Source: Capsulimonadales bacterium
Lineage (GTDB): Bacteria; Armatimonadota; Armatimonadia; Armatimonadales; Armatimonadaceae
Reading direction: 5' to 3'
Assembly (NCBI GenBank): GCA_033762295.1
Contig: JANRLW010000014.1
Coordinates: forward strand, 1-64,000
DNA: 64,000 nt
Shown here in pieces: positions 28,776 through 41,643 of this stretch (positions are counted from its first letter, which is position 1; each line of letters begins with the position of its first letter). Below the pieces are notes generated by a model. It saw only the letters and a program-made list of their open reading frames with translations. It ran no database searches and had not been told where the DNA came from. Both the position numbers and the translations under genes were made by a program.

Positions 28776-28790
28776 TGGCATGGAACTTGC
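28776..28790 (+). promoter_or_regulatory. sigma54 promoter
   Basis: TGGCATG-GAAC-TTGC. Confidence 0.65.
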
Positions 28791-28844
28791 GGTTTGCACG
28801 GTATTCCATCAAATTTTCATTCGGATCACAGAGAGGAATGCGCA

Positions 28845-29015
28845 ATGTCTCCGGTGCTGCTGACGATTCTCGTACTTTCGGGCCTGTGGCTGGCGATGCA
28901 GATCGATCGTCGGATTCGATCGTTCCGCCGGAAACGGGCCCTCTCTCACCGACAGTGGTGCGAGTATGCGGAGATGGCGGCCCGCAACGCGGAGCGGTGG
29001 CGTCACCGGGTCTGA
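28845..29015 (+). CDS. Small protein, N-terminal TM helix plus basic tail
   Basis: GAGAGGA RBS; MSPVLLTILVLSGLWLAMQIDRRIRSFRRKR... Confidence 0.55.
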   Translation: MSPVLLTILVLSGLWLAMQIDRRIRSFRRKRALSHRQWCEYAEMAARNAERWRHRV

Positions 29016-29041
29016 CGCACTCTTTCGGACTCGCGTCCCGT

Positions 29042-29057
29042 TGTTTCATGTGAAACA
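29042..29057. promoter_or_regulatory. parS site
   Basis: TGTTTCATGTGAAACA. Confidence 0.85.
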
Positions 29058-29172
29058 CCCGGGGAAACATCCTGAAGGGAACCCGTGCCTCCGGAGGTCG
29101 GTTGCCCGTCCGCGACTTCGCTCACGTGCTATAATGGGGCGGAATCATTTTCAGGAGTATCCCCGCGACATT

Positions 29173-29469
29173 ATGGCCCTTACCCCCGAAGAGGTGCGGC
29201 AGGTCGGCACACTGGCTCGCCTTGCCCTCGCCGACGACGAGATCGATCGACTGACCCACCAGATCAACGACCTGCTGGCGCAGTTCGCCCGGCTTCAGGA
29301 ACTCGACACCGACGACGTTCCTCCGACGTCCCACGCCGTACCGGTCCGGGCGTTGCTTCGCGAGGACGAGGTGACCCCCTCCCTGCCACAGGAGACGGTG
29401 CTGGCGCTTTCGCCGCATATCGATGAGGTCCTCGGCGGATTTATCGTTCCGCAGGTCATCGGGGAATAG
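29173..29469 (+). CDS. gatC: Asp/Glu-tRNA amidotransferase subunit C
   Basis: EEV..V..LARL, LQELDTDDVPPTSH, LREDEV, FIVPQV. Confidence 0.92.
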   Translation: MALTPEEVRQVGTLARLALADDEIDRLTHQINDLLAQFARLQELDTDDVPPTSHAVPVRALLREDEVTPSLPQETVLALSPHIDEVLGGFIVPQVIGE

Positions 29470-29478
29470 GAGGACGCG

Positions 29479-30942
29479 ATGGACGAAATGCTTACCCGAA
29501 ACGCGTCCGAGATCGTCGCCGGCATTCGACGCCGGGAATGGTCGGCACGGGAAGTTACCGACGCCTTCCTCGGTCGGATCGAGCGGGTTGACGCCCGCGT
29601 ACGCGCCTTCATCACGGTGACGCCGGATCGCGCCCGGCGACAGGCCGACGCGATCGATGCCCGGATCGCCGCCGGAGAGCCGGTCGGACCGCTCGCCGGC
29701 GTCCCGGTTGCCCTGAAGGATAATCTGTCGACCACCGGAGTCGAAACCACCTGCGCATCGCAGATCCTGCGCGGTTACGTCCCGCCCTACGATGCGACCG
29801 TGGTCACCCGGCTGGAGCAGGCCGGTGCGGTTTTTCTCGGGAAGGTCAACCTGGACGAGTTCGCGATGGGATCGTCGACCGAGAACAGCGGGCTGTTCCC
29901 GACCCGGAACCCGTGGGACCTGAGCCGGGTTCCGGGCGGTTCGTCCGGCGGCAGCGCGGCGGCGGTCGCGGCGGACATGGCTCCCCTCTCCCTCGGTTCC
30001 GATACCGGCGGTTCCATCCGTCAGCCGGCCGCGTTCTGCGGTCTGGTCGGACTGAAACCGACGTACGGACTGGTTTCCCGCTACGGATTGGTCGCCTTCG
30101 GCTCCTCTCTCGACCAGATCGGTCCGCTCGCTCGAACGGTCGAGGATGCCGCTCTCTGTCTGACGGCGATTGCCGGCCACGACCGCCGGGATTCGACCAG
30201 TGTTCCACGTGAAACTCCCGACTTCACCGCCGGGCTGAACGGCCATATCGAGGGACTGCGCCTCGGCGTGCCTCAGGAGTATTTTGCCGAAGGGACCGCG
30301 CCCGGGGTCCGGGCGGCGGTTGTGGCGGCGATCGGCGTCCTGCGCGGCCTCGGCGCGGAGATCGTCGAACTCTCCCTGCCCTGCACCGATTACGCCCTTG
30401 CCGCCTACTACATCGTCGCGCCCGCCGAAGCCTCCTCCAACCTCGCCCGCTACGACGGCGTCCGTTACGGGAACCGCGCCCCGGTCGGCGATGACCATAT
30501 CGGCCTTTTCGAAAAGACACGCGAACTCGGCTTCGGACCGGAAGTGAAGCAGCGCATCATGATCGGCACCTATGCCCTGTCCGCCGGGTATTACGATGCC
30601 TACTACGCCCGAGCACAAAAGGTGCGGACACTGCTCCGTCAGGAGTTTGACCGGGCGTTCGCACAGGTCGATGCCCTCGTCACTCCGACCGTTCCCACCA
30701 CCGCCTTCCGCCTCGGGGAGAAATCCGACGATCCGCTCGCGATGAAACTCTCCGACGTCTGCACCATTCCCGCCAACATGGCCGGGATCCCCGGTTTGTC
30801 GATCTGTTGCGGCTTCGACCCCGGCGGCCTTCCGGTCGGACTTCAACTGATGGGACCGGCCTTCTCCGAGGAGACCCTGCTCCGAATCGCCGACGCCTAC
30901 CAGAAAGCGACCGACTGGCACCTTCGACGGCCGACCCTCTGA
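29479..30942 (+). CDS. gatA: Asp/Glu-tRNA amidotransferase subunit A
   Basis: [52 protein letters not shown]. Confidence 0.97.
   Translation: MDEMLTRNASEIVAGIRRREWSAREVTDAFLGRIERVDARVRAFITVTPDRARRQADAIDARIAAGEPVGPLAGVPVALKDNLSTTGVETTCASQILRGYVPPYDATVVTRLEQAGAVFLGKVNLDEFAMGSSTENSGLFPTRNPWDLSRVPGGSSGGSAAAVAADMAPLSLGSDTGGSIRQPAAFCGLVGLKPTYGLVSRYGLVAFGSSLDQIGPLARTVEDAALCLTAIAGHDRRDSTSVPRETPDFTAGLNGHIEGLRLGVPQEYFAEGTAPGVRAAVVAAIGVLRGLGAEIVELSLPCTDYALAAYYIVAPAEASSNLARYDGVRYGNRAPVGDDHIGLFEKTRELGFGPEVKQRIMIGTYALSAGYYDAYYARAQKVRTLLRQEFDRAFAQVDALVTPTVPTTAFRLGEKSDDPLAMKLSDVCTIPANMAGIPGLSICCGFDPGGLPVGLQLMGPAFSEETLLRIADAYQKATDWHLRRPTL
30201..30216. promoter_or_regulatory. parS site (inside gatA)
   Basis: TGTTCCACGTGAAACT. 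Confidence 0.75.
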
Positions 30943-30945
30943 GAT

Positions 30946-30983
30946 CTCCCCCTCCCCGGCAACCGGGAGCCGGGGAGGGGGGT
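30946..30983. repeat. REP-like GC hairpin after gatA
   Basis: CCCCCTCCCCGGC...GCCGGGGAGGGGG. Confidence 0.5.
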
Positions 30984-31017
30984 CAAGAGATTGAGACTTC
31001 GATACACGAGGCAACGG

Positions 31018-31587
31018 ATGTCGTATTCACCGGAAGAAGCCGAAGCGATCCTGACAAGAGCCACCTCCCGCCGCGCCGATAGGATGATTTCCCACGAACA
31101 ACTTCTGGAGATGGCCGCGGAACTCGGGATCTCGGCGGAGGAGGTCGCCGACGCCGAGGAGACTTTCCGACGTGAACAGGAGGATGCCGCATTCCGCCGG
31201 GAGTTCGTCGCGGAACGCCGCTCGGGATTCTGGCCGCATCTCGTTCCTTTTCTTATCTTCAGCGTTTTCCTGATCACGATGAATCTCGTCAAAGGTGGGA
31301 AACCCTGGGCCCTCTTCCCGATCCTGAGCTGGGGAATCGGCGTCGCCTGCCATGCCCTGGCCGCTTTGCCGATGAAAGGGGCGGCCTTCGAACGGGAATT
31401 CTCCGAATGGAAAGAGCGTCATCGCCGGAAAACCCAGAGGAAAGCCCGGCGCGAGGCTAAAAAGGCGGCAAAATCCACCGAAACGCCGACGACCGAAGAG
31501 CCGATCCGTATCCCCGTTCCGACGCCGGGCCGTCTTCCTTCCGAGGAACCGCCCCTTCTTCAGGTCCGTAACGGGAAATCAACCTGA
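31018..31587 (+). CDS. 2TM-domain membrane protein
   Basis: YS.EE...IL..A, L.EMAAELGIS, F..HL..F, W..FP...WGIG...H. Confidence 0.8.
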   Translation: MSYSPEEAEAILTRATSRRADRMISHEQLLEMAAELGISAEEVADAEETFRREQEDAAFRREFVAERRSGFWPHLVPFLIFSVFLITMNLVKGGKPWALFPILSWGIGVACHALAALPMKGAAFEREFSEWKERHRRKTQRKARREAKKAAKSTETPTTEEPIRIPVPTPGRLPSEEPPLLQVRNGKST

Positions 31588-31620
31588 GGGGTGCGTCGGA
31601 GGACGGCAATAATACGGATT

Positions 31621-33687
31621 GTGAACATATCCCGATCCGCCGATACAGACACCCGTCAGTTACCTGTTTTAACGATACCCGACGAAAACGGGTCGTTCGA
31701 AACCGGAGCGACGGAAACTCCGCAGGATGCCGGTCCTGCCCTTCGTCTTGACCGGATCGTTCAGGCTGCAATCACCGCTCTGACGCTTCTGATCTACGGG
31801 ATGACGATGTGCCGGACGCTTTACACCGGCGACGACGGTGATTTTCTGACCGCCATGGCGACGGGCGGGAACTGCCATCCGACCGGGTATCCGCTGTTTC
31901 TCCTGCTCGGAAAGGCCGCGCTCTTTCTATTCGCGCCGTTTTTCCCGGAACCCGCTGCCCGGGTCAACCTGCTGACCGTGCTCTGCGGCAGTCTCGCGGT
32001 CGGCTTTTTTTATCGCTTCCTCGTATCCCTCCGGCAGGAACGCTACCTCGCCGCTACCGGCGCGCTGGTGCTCGCCTTCTCGCCCACCCTCTGGCAGCAA
32101 AGCCTGTCGGTGGAAATCTATGCGTTGACCGCCGCCTTTCTCTGCGGTCTACTCTGGGCGGCGGCGGCGTGGTGGGAGAAACCGACCGAAAACGGACCCC
32201 TTCTGCGGATGGCGGCGGTTTACGGCCTCTCCTGCACCAACCATATGACGATGGCCCTTTTTCTTCCCGGGTTCCTCCTGCTGGTTCTCTATCGTCGGCG
32301 GACGCTCCTGGGTCGGGACTGGCGGGTGCTGATCGGCCTGGCCGGGCTGTTTTTGCTGCCGCTCCTTCTCTACCTGTACCTGCCCTGGGCCGCCCATCGC
32401 AATCCCCCGGTCAACTGGGGGGACCCGTCCACTCCTGCCGCCCTCTGGGAAACGGTCACCGGGAAACAGTATCGAACCTCCATGTTCCGTTCGGCGAGTG
32501 TTTTTCAAACCCATGCCGAGGGTTATTTCCGGCTGGCGGGCGAGTCGGGACCGGGCCTCCTCGCAAAGGAGTTCGGGTTCCACTTCCTCTGGCTGATCCC
32601 GGTCGGGCTGTTCGCGATGGCGGCGCGCGGACCGCGCCACGTCTTGCTTCTCGTGGCCTGGGTCGCCGCCGTCAACCTGCTCTTTTCCTTCAACTACAAT
32701 ATTTTCGACATCTACGTCTATTACATTCCGTCGTATATCGTTGCCACGACCTGGATCGTGTTCGGTATGTCCTTCCTGGTGACGGCGGCTTTCGACCGTT
32801 TCCGGTGGACCCCCGAACAACGCCGCCATTACTCCATACTGCTCGCCGTCATCCTTCCGGCGGTCCCGGTCGTCAACCTCTCGATCAATTACGTCACCAA
32901 CGACCGCAGCGGCAACCGGCTGGAGTACGATTTCACCTACAACATCCTGCGCTCGGCTCCGAAAAACGCCATCATTACGACGATCGGTTCGACCACCTAC
33001 TTTTCGCTCTGGTATCGGAAGTATGTCCTGGGAGAGCGTCCCGACGTCGTGATTGTCAATGTCAACCTGCTGGCCGCTTCGCTCGCGCAACGCGCCTGGT
33101 ACTACCGTCATCTTCGCCAGCAGTATCCCGATATCGACAATACCTATTCCGGCCGACGGGCCACCCCCGAGGAAGCGGCGCGAAACGATTTTCTGGTGGC
33201 GTTTCTGGAAAGGGCGGCGCGACGCGGCGTTCCGGTACTCTGGCTGAGCCATGCACAACTCGAAGACCTTCGGATGGACTCATCGACCGAAGTCACTCTG
33301 CGCCCGCGGCTCGCCCGGAACTTCGAACGCCGGGCGTGGGGCATCGTCGAACGACTCTATCCCAAGGATCGTGTTCCGACCGAACGGGAGTTGTATGCGG
33401 AAAACCGCCGGATCTGGCCGGACCTGCGATTCGGCAACCTGATCGCCTGGGCGCACGCCGACCCCTTCCAGGAGCCGATTCCCATCCGCTACGCCGAAGC
33501 CTTCACCGAATGGGGCAAACTCTGCGAGAAAGTCGGGCAGAATCCACTGGCGGCGGACGCCTACCGGAACGCGCAGTCGCTGTATGTGGTGCCGGAGGCC
33601 GGGGAGGGTCTGACCCGTCTGAACGCTCCCTCCGACCCGGTGACAACGATCGTGACCGTTCCGCCGGACGGTTCGCCCACCCCCTGA
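31621..33687 (+). CDS. DUF2723 / TMEM260-like (GT117-type) membrane glycosyltransferase
   Basis: GDDGDF, HPTGYPLF, W.Q....EIY, LYLYLP......P.VNWG.P, RPDV; start uncertain (31591 or 31621). Confidence 0.85.
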   Translation: MNISRSADTDTRQLPVLTIPDENGSFETGATETPQDAGPALRLDRIVQAAITALTLLIYGMTMCRTLYTGDDGDFLTAMATGGNCHPTGYPLFLLLGKAALFLFAPFFPEPAARVNLLTVLCGSLAVGFFYRFLVSLRQERYLAATGALVLAFSPTLWQQSLSVEIYALTAAFLCGLLWAAAAWWEKPTENGPLLRMAAVYGLSCTNHMTMALFLPGFLLLVLYRRRTLLGRDWRVLIGLAGLFLLPLLLYLYLPWAAHRNPPVNWGDPSTPAALWETVTGKQYRTSMFRSASVFQTHAEGYFRLAGESGPGLLAKEFGFHFLWLIPVGLFAMAARGPRHVLLLVAWVAAVNLLFSFNYNIFDIYVYYIPSYIVATTWIVFGMSFLVTAAFDRFRWTPEQRRHYSILLAVILPAVPVVNLSINYVTNDRSGNRLEYDFTYNILRSAPKNAIITTIGSTTYFSLWYRKYVLGERPDVVIVNVNLLAASLAQRAWYYRHLRQQYPDIDNTYSGRRATPEEAARNDFLVAFLERAARRGVPVLWLSHAQLEDLRMDSSTEVTLRPRLARNFERRAWGIVERLYPKDRVPTERELYAENRRIWPDLRFGNLIAWAHADPFQEPIPIRYAEAFTEWGKLCEKVGQNPLAADAYRNAQSLYVVPEAGEGLTRLNAPSDPVTTIVTVPPDGSPTP

Positions 33688-33690
33688 ACG

Positions 33691-33735
33691 TCTGACCGGT
33701 CTGAGCTACCGGACCTGACGGATCCGTCTGATCGG
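33691..33735. repeat. Degenerate 9-bp tandem repeat
   Basis: tctgaccgg tctgagcta ccggacctg acggatccg tctgatcgg. Confidence 0.4.
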
Positions 33736-33851
33736 GCCATGCGTCGTCCGCACAGGCCACCGGGCCGAATCCTTACCAAACGCCGGATTCGCACGATATA
33801 ACGGATAACCGTAAGGACTTCCGACAAAGGATTCGTGACAGGTAGGCACTC

Positions 33852-35390
33852 ATGGCAGCACAATCGATGGATCAGATCGTTTCTCTCTGCAAGCGGCGCG
33901 GCTTCATTTTTCCCGGCAGCGAGATCTACGGTGGCCTTCAGGGCACGTTCGATTACGGTCCCCTGGGCGTCGAACTGAAGAACAACCTGAAACGGCTGTG
34001 GTGGAAGCATAACGTCTACGGCCGGGACGATATGGAGGGCATCGAGACCGCCCTTCTGACCAATCGCTACGTCCTGCGGTATTCCGGTCATGAGCGTGGG
34101 TTCACCGATCCGCTAATCGATAACAAGGTCACCAAAAAGCGGTATCGTTTCGACCACCTGCTGAAGGAACAGAAGCCCGAGACCCTTCAGGCCTTGGCGA
34201 CGGCCGCCCACGTGCCGTACACCGCGGATTTGGACGAGTTAACGGCGTCCCTGCTGGAAGACCCGGAGGCGACCCGGTCCGCGATGAACCAGGTCAGAGT
34301 CATCGATCCGCAGGACGGCAAGCCCGGCGACTGGACCCCGCCCCGCTCGTTCAACCTGATGTTCAAGACGCAGGTCGGCCCGGTCGCCGATGACGAGTCG
34401 TTCGCCTATCTTCGCCCGGAGACGGCGCAGGGCATGTTCGTCAATTTCAAGAACGTTCTGGATTCGACCAACCGGAAACTGCCGTTCGGCATCGCGCAGA
34501 TGGGCAAATCGTTTCGGAACGAGATCACGCCCCGGAACTTCCTGTTTCGTGTGCGCGAACTGGAGCAGATGGAGATCGAGTACTTCGTCCGCCCCGGCGA
34601 GGACGAGGCGATTCACGAGGAGTGGATCCGCGACCATACGGATTGGTGGGTCAACGCCGTCGGTTTGAAGCGAGAAAACCTGAAGCATTACGAACACGTC
34701 AAACTGGCGCACTACTCCAAACGAACGGTGGATATTCTCTACAACTTCCCCACGCTCGGCTTCGATGAACTGGAGGGTATCGCCAATCGGACCGACTGGG
34801 ACCTGGGTTCGCACTCGCGCGACCAGGCGAATTTGCCGCTGTCCGAAAACACGGCGCAGAGAGCAATGCGAAACGAGCATTCGATCGAGAAACTGACCTA
34901 TTTCGACCATACGACCAACAAGCATATCGTTCCGTTCGTCATCGAACCGGCGGCGGGCGTGGACCGGGGCGTTCTGGCCGCGCTCTGCGAGGCGTATGAC
35001 GAGGAGGTCGTGGACGCCGACAAGGGCGATGTTCGGACGGTGCTCCGATTGAAGCCCGCGCTTGCGCCGATCAAGGTTGCCGTGCTGCCGCTCGCGAAAA
35101 ACAAGCCCGAAATCGTCAGCAAAGCGAAGGAGATCAAAAACCTTCTGCAGTCCGTCGGCGAGATGCGGGCCGTCTACGATGACACGGCGGCGATCGGCAA
35201 GTTGTATCGCCGACAGGACGAGGCGGGAACGCCGTTCTGTGTGACGGTGGACTACGATACCCTCGGACAGTCGCGTGACGGTTCGACCGCGTTAACCGAT
35301 ACGGTGACGGTCCGCGACCGGGATTCGATGAGTCAGGAGCGAGTCGCGATCCACGAACTGTACGATTACGTCCGCGAACGCATGAAGTAA
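33852..35390 (+). CDS. glyQS: Glycine-tRNA ligase, alpha2 homodimeric type
   Basis: [54 protein letters not shown]. Confidence 0.96.
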   Translation: MAAQSMDQIVSLCKRRGFIFPGSEIYGGLQGTFDYGPLGVELKNNLKRLWWKHNVYGRDDMEGIETALLTNRYVLRYSGHERGFTDPLIDNKVTKKRYRFDHLLKEQKPETLQALATAAHVPYTADLDELTASLLEDPEATRSAMNQVRVIDPQDGKPGDWTPPRSFNLMFKTQVGPVADDESFAYLRPETAQGMFVNFKNVLDSTNRKLPFGIAQMGKSFRNEITPRNFLFRVRELEQMEIEYFVRPGEDEAIHEEWIRDHTDWWVNAVGLKRENLKHYEHVKLAHYSKRTVDILYNFPTLGFDELEGIANRTDWDLGSHSRDQANLPLSENTAQRAMRNEHSIEKLTYFDHTTNKHIVPFVIEPAAGVDRGVLAALCEAYDEEVVDADKGDVRTVLRLKPALAPIKVAVLPLAKNKPEIVSKAKEIKNLLQSVGEMRAVYDDTAAIGKLYRRQDEAGTPFCVTVDYDTLGQSRDGSTALTDTVTVRDRDSMSQERVAIHELYDYVRERMK

Positions 35391-35462
35391 CGGGGGTCGG
35401 AACCGATTTACCGGGGGAGCGAGCCATCGATTTCCTTCCCCGGTTTATCGATAGTCAGGTGA

Positions 35463-35542
35463 TGTAAAACGTTTAACCTGCGATAACGATCCCCATTTTC
35501 TTTCATTTTCTCTTGACAGACGGGCCGGAGTTGGGTAGATAT
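35463..35542 (+). promoter_or_regulatory. sigma70 promoter with an upstream LacI-like imperfect palindrome
   Basis: TGTAAAACGTTTAAC at 35463; TTGACA(35514)-17 bp-TAGATA. Confidence 0.45.
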
Positions 35543-35752
35543 TAACTGAACTGACCATGGAGGCCGGTCCGATGGGCGCGATGTCTTCCGCGCCGAATCC
35601 GCTTTCCCTCACGTGGTTTTTTTCCGGGTCGTGACCGGGTCGTCCGATTCCGAATTTCAAGGTCGTTTCTCCGGCTCTGCGAGAGAAACCGTCGTTGCCC
35701 GACCACAGGTTATCGTGTTCCTCACATTAATTGAGGCAGGAAGGATGGTTCC

Positions 35753-36550
35753 ATGAACCGTAAGTATGGCTTTACGCTGATCGAACTGCTCGTCGTTATC
35801 GCTATTATCGCTATTCTTGCTGCGATTCTCTTCCCCGTCTTTGCTCAGGCGCGCGAAAAAGCCCGCCAGATCTCCTGCCTTTCGAACCTGCGTCAGCTAG
35901 GTGTCGCTCTTCGGATGTATCAGCAGGACTCCGACGAAATGGTAATGCCGGGTTATTCCTACCGGGAGACGGCTGCCGGACCGCGCACCCTTCTGCTGTG
36001 GTACCCGGACATCCTGAACCCGTATGTCAAGAACGCCCAGGTGTTCCTCTGCCCGAGCCGTTCGAACCTTACGACGAGCCTCCGCGACTCGCTGCCGCCG
36101 GGTCGTGGCCCCGGTCTCCGGGAGCTGCAGTGGTCCTATGCGTTCAACAACTCCTGGGACTGCTGCGGCAATCTCGACACCCAGCGGGCGGCTCTCGGCA
36201 ACCGGGGCTGGCGCGGCGATGCCCTCGGCCGGTACTATCCGTATCCGACCGAAGCGGCGTTCGATCGCCCCGCGGACTATATTACGATGTTCGACGGCTG
36301 CACCATGCAGATGTGGGCAGCGGCGTTCCCGGAGCCGAACCAGGGGGCGAATACGGTCCTTGGTTACGACTTCCTGGCCGGCGCGGAGCGGCAGAGCGCG
36401 GCCTGGGGCCGCTGCAAGGCGAGCCTTCGCCTGGCGCATAACGACGGGTTCAATCTGGTCTTCATGGATGGCCATGCCAAATGGCAGCGGCAGACGACGC
36501 TCGATCAGTGGGCGGTTCGTCCGGGCGCGGATTGGTCCTGGGCCGACTGA
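35753..36550 (+). CDS. DUF1559 prepilin-type protein (#3)
   Basis: [10 protein letters not shown]..., [17 protein letters not shown]. Confidence 0.92.
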   Translation: MNRKYGFTLIELLVVIAIIAILAAILFPVFAQAREKARQISCLSNLRQLGVALRMYQQDSDEMVMPGYSYRETAAGPRTLLLWYPDILNPYVKNAQVFLCPSRSNLTTSLRDSLPPGRGPGLRELQWSYAFNNSWDCCGNLDTQRAALGNRGWRGDALGRYYPYPTEAAFDRPADYITMFDGCTMQMWAAAFPEPNQGANTVLGYDFLAGAERQSAAWGRCKASLRLAHNDGFNLVFMDGHAKWQRQTTLDQWAVRPGADWSWAD

Positions 36551-36601
36551 TCGCACTGCCGCCCGTCTCCTCTAGGTGGGACGGGCGGAGAGGAAGAAAC
36601 C

Positions 36602-36847
36602 GTGAAAAAGGAAGTAAATCCGATCGTCATCGTGGTTGCTCTGGTCGCCGTGGTGGGCGTCGTCGCCGTCCTGTATTTCCGAGGGACGGCGACCCCGCCT
36701 CCGGTCGAAGCGGACCCGCTCGGCATCAACGACTCCAGGCCGGGCCGACCGAAGGAACCGAAGGACCGGGGGGCCGACGGTCCGGGCGGCGTCACCCCGG
36801 ACATTCAATACATCCGCGAACAGCAACGCAAACAACAGGGACAGTGA
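36602..36847 (+). CDS. Small single-TM protein co-located with DUF1559 #3
   Basis: GAGGA RBS; MKKEVNPIVIVVALVAVVGVVAVLYF. Confidence 0.75.
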   Translation: MKKEVNPIVIVVALVAVVGVVAVLYFRGTATPPPVEADPLGINDSRPGRPKEPKDRGADGPGGVTPDIQYIREQQRKQQGQ

Positions 36848-36851
36848 TTCG

Positions 36852-36946
36852 AAAGCCCGCCGGAACCCTCTTCGGCGGGCCGTTTTGTTTCATGTGAAAC
36901 AAAAACGCCGATCGGGATCTGTGCATCCCGACCGGCGTTCCCTTTT
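36852..36946. terminator. Two convergent terminator hairpins flanking a parS site
   Basis: GCCCGCCGGA..TTCGGCGGGC-cgtttt and AACGCCGATCGGGAT..ATCCCGACCGGCGTT. Confidence 0.65.
36886..36901. promoter_or_regulatory. parS site
   Basis: TGTTTCATGTGAAACA. Confidence 0.85.
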
Positions 36947-36956
36947 TGGTCGTCGC

Positions 36957-39276
<2,320 letters not shown>

Positions 39277-39306
39277 CGCGTCCTCCGAATCCGTGGTCGC
39301 CCCGGC

Positions 39307-40188
39307 TTACCGGGTGGCCTGCGCCCATGCCTGCTCGGCCAGTTTCTTCATCACCAGACTCTGTTCCCAGCGGTCGGAGAACTCGCTGCCGTCCGGCAGC
39401 GTGATCGCATAGCGCGGCGGTCCCAGTTCGCTCGCAAACGGGAAGATATCGCCGGGGCCGGCCTCGCGCAACCAGGCGCGAAAAACGGTTTCCCAGAGCC
39501 GGACGAAAAACTGAGGCGTCTGTCCGGAACCGTCGCCGACATCTACCTGCACCTGTTCCCCGTTGCCGATCCGCCCGTGCATATGGGAGGTCCGCTCCAG
39601 AACCGGCATCATGCGATCCGCCGCCCGCTCCTCCTCCCAGCCATAGAACTCGCCGACGACGACAAAGTGCGACAGGTCGGCGGTGAACCGGATATCGGGC
39701 ACACGTTCGATCAGGGAGATCGTCTGGGGCAGGGTTTCCGTGAAGTTGTTACGGTGTGTCTCAACGAAATACGGCAGTCCCTGATCGTTGGCGATCCGGC
39801 GTCCCTCCGTCACGAGCCGCGCCACTTCGTCCGGCGGCGTGAAGGCGTCCGCCGGCTGAGCGAAGACAAAGTCCGCGCCGAGGCGAACCGCCTGTTCGAC
39901 CACGGTCCGGGTCTGCTCGACCGTAAACGGGCGATGACCGAGCACCAGACGCAGTCCGTGTCGGTCCAGCGCCGCTTTCACTTCCGCTTCATCCTGGGGT
40001 CCCAACCAGCACTCCACACCCTCGAAACCGGCTTCCCGGACCCTCCGAAACTTTTCGTCCAGGGTCCATTCCTGGGCCGCGTTCATCGGCAGCCGGCGCA
40101 GCGACCAGAGCGAATGCTGGACGCGTAAACGCGGCGGCGCCTGACTCCCCTCATTCAAACGCAGGACGGGTACGGTTCCCATCGGCAT
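39307..40188 (-). CDS. Xylose-isomerase-like TIM barrel (sugar phosphate isomerase/epimerase family)
   Basis: AGFEGVE, ETHR, TADLSH, HGRIG, ELGPPRY. Confidence 0.8.
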   Translation of the reverse strand: MPMGTVPVLRLNEGSQAPPRLRVQHSLWSLRRLPMNAAQEWTLDEKFRRVREAGFEGVECWLGPQDEAEVKAALDRHGLRLVLGHRPFTVEQTRTVVEQAVRLGADFVFAQPADAFTPPDEVARLVTEGRRIANDQGLPYFVETHRNNFTETLPQTISLIERVPDIRFTADLSHFVVVGEFYGWEEERAADRMMPVLERTSHMHGRIGNGEQVQVDVGDGSGQTPQFFVRLWETVFRAWLREAGPGDIFPFASELGPPRYAITLPDGSEFSDRWEQSLVMKKLAEQAWAQATR

Positions 40189-40227
40189 CCTCCTGATGAA
40201 TGGTCGAGCGCCCGGACCAACCCGCCG

Positions 40228-40695
40228 TTATCGGTCGAAAAACGGCTTCGGCGGGGCCTGCTCCGGGCTTTCCGCATGGATCGCAATATGAGAAGGCGTA
40301 AAGAGATAGGCCTGATCGGCGACCTTCTCGACGTACCCATCAAGGGCGTACGTCACGCCGTTCAGGAAATCGACGAGTCGCTCGGCGACCTCCGGGGCCG
40401 TCTTCTCCAGGTTGACGACCTGTGGTTCTCCCGCTTTCAGGCGATCGGCGACTTTCTGTGTGTCGCCGAAATTGGACACCTGAGTGATGGTGATGCTTCC
40501 TTTGATCGAGGCTACCCGGAAGGTATCCCGGCGCGGAGCGGCGGGCGGCGGTGCCGCCGCCGTCAGGACCGTACCTTCCGGCTCGTAAACGCCCTCCTCC
40601 TCGTTCCGACCCCTTACCGAATCCAGCCAACGGTTGAAATGGCTACGCAGGCCGCCATTTGTCTGCATATCATCATCGTCTTGTTCGTTATACAT
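40228..40695 (-). CDS. sepF: Cell division protein SepF
   Basis: D.LK.G...VVNLE, A.RLVDFL.G..YALDG...KV, LFTP. Confidence 0.92.
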   Translation of the reverse strand: MYNEQDDDDMQTNGGLRSHFNRWLDSVRGRNEEEGVYEPEGTVLTAAAPPPAAPRRDTFRVASIKGSITITQVSNFGDTQKVADRLKAGEPQVVNLEKTAPEVAERLVDFLNGVTYALDGYVEKVADQAYLFTPSHIAIHAESPEQAPPKPFFDR

Positions 40696-40805
40696 AACTC
40701 CCCCTGGCAATTATACACCTACATTTGGTCTCATCGATACATGTACACACTACTGCCATATTTACTGAAGACACTCGAACTTCCTGCGAAATCGATCGAA
40801 ATTTC

Positions 40806-41504
40806 CTAACGTTTGACCGGCCGCTCCCCGAAAATCGCGCTGCCGATGCGAACGTGGGTCGCCCCCTCGGCAATCGCCGCCTCGAAGTCTCCCGACATGC
40901 CCATGGACAGAATCCGGCGGTTCTCCGCCGGGAGCCGTTCCCATAACGCCCGAATCCGGGCGAAGTAGGCGCGGGCCTCGGTCTCGTTCTCGGAGACCGG
41001 CGCGATTCCCATCAGTCCGTGCAACGCGACGTGCGGCAGCTGCCCTGCGGCGTCGACCAGCGCAGGCAATGCCTCCGCCGAAATCCCGGTTCGGCGTTCG
41101 ATATCTGTCAGGTCGACCTCGATCAGAATTTCCTGTATGCGTTCCCGTTTCGACGCCTGCCGCTCGATCTCCTGCAAAAGTTGATAATTATCAACGCTAT
41201 GAATCAGCGAAAACAGTTCCGTTGCGTATTTTACCTTGTTTGATTGTAAATGCCCTATCAAATGCCACTGGATGGAAATATCTGCCTCTTCGCTAAACGA
41301 GCTAATTTCCGCGATCTTGACCCGCGCCTCCTGGACGTAGTTCTCTCCGAAATGGCGCGCACCGGCCGCAATCGCCTCCCGAATCCGCGCCGGTGGCACG
41401 GTCTTGGTCACAGCGACCGTTGTGATGTCCCCGGCCGAACGGCCGACTCTCTCCGCAGCGGCATGAATTCTCTCCCGCACCCGTTGCAGTCGATCGGAAA
41501 TCAC
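40806..41504 (-). CDS. yggS: PLP homeostasis protein YggS/PipY
   Basis: VAVTK, FGENYVQE, WHLIGHLQSNK, LSMGMSGD, VRIGSAIFG. Confidence 0.95.
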   Translation of the reverse strand: MISDRLQRVRERIHAAAERVGRSAGDITTVAVTKTVPPARIREAIAAGARHFGENYVQEARVKIAEISSFSEEADISIQWHLIGHLQSNKVKYATELFSLIHSVDNYQLLQEIERQASKRERIQEILIEVDLTDIERRTGISAEALPALVDAAGQLPHVALHGLMGIAPVSENETEARAYFARIRALWERLPAENRRILSMGMSGDFEAAIAEGATHVRIGSAIFGERPVKR

Positions 41505-41643
41505 GGAACCACCCCCTCGAAACAGATTTTTGAGCAGGAATCGGAACGGGAAGGAGCGACAGTCAGGGACTGTCGCTCCGTTCGGAGGATTATATCGGAA
41601 GGGTTCGCCTCCGGCAATGCGACCGGAGGCCTGGGGACGTCCG

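Noticed and set aside
33740..33851. T-box upstream of glyQS
   Set aside because: No GGTGGNACC T-box sequence and insufficient length
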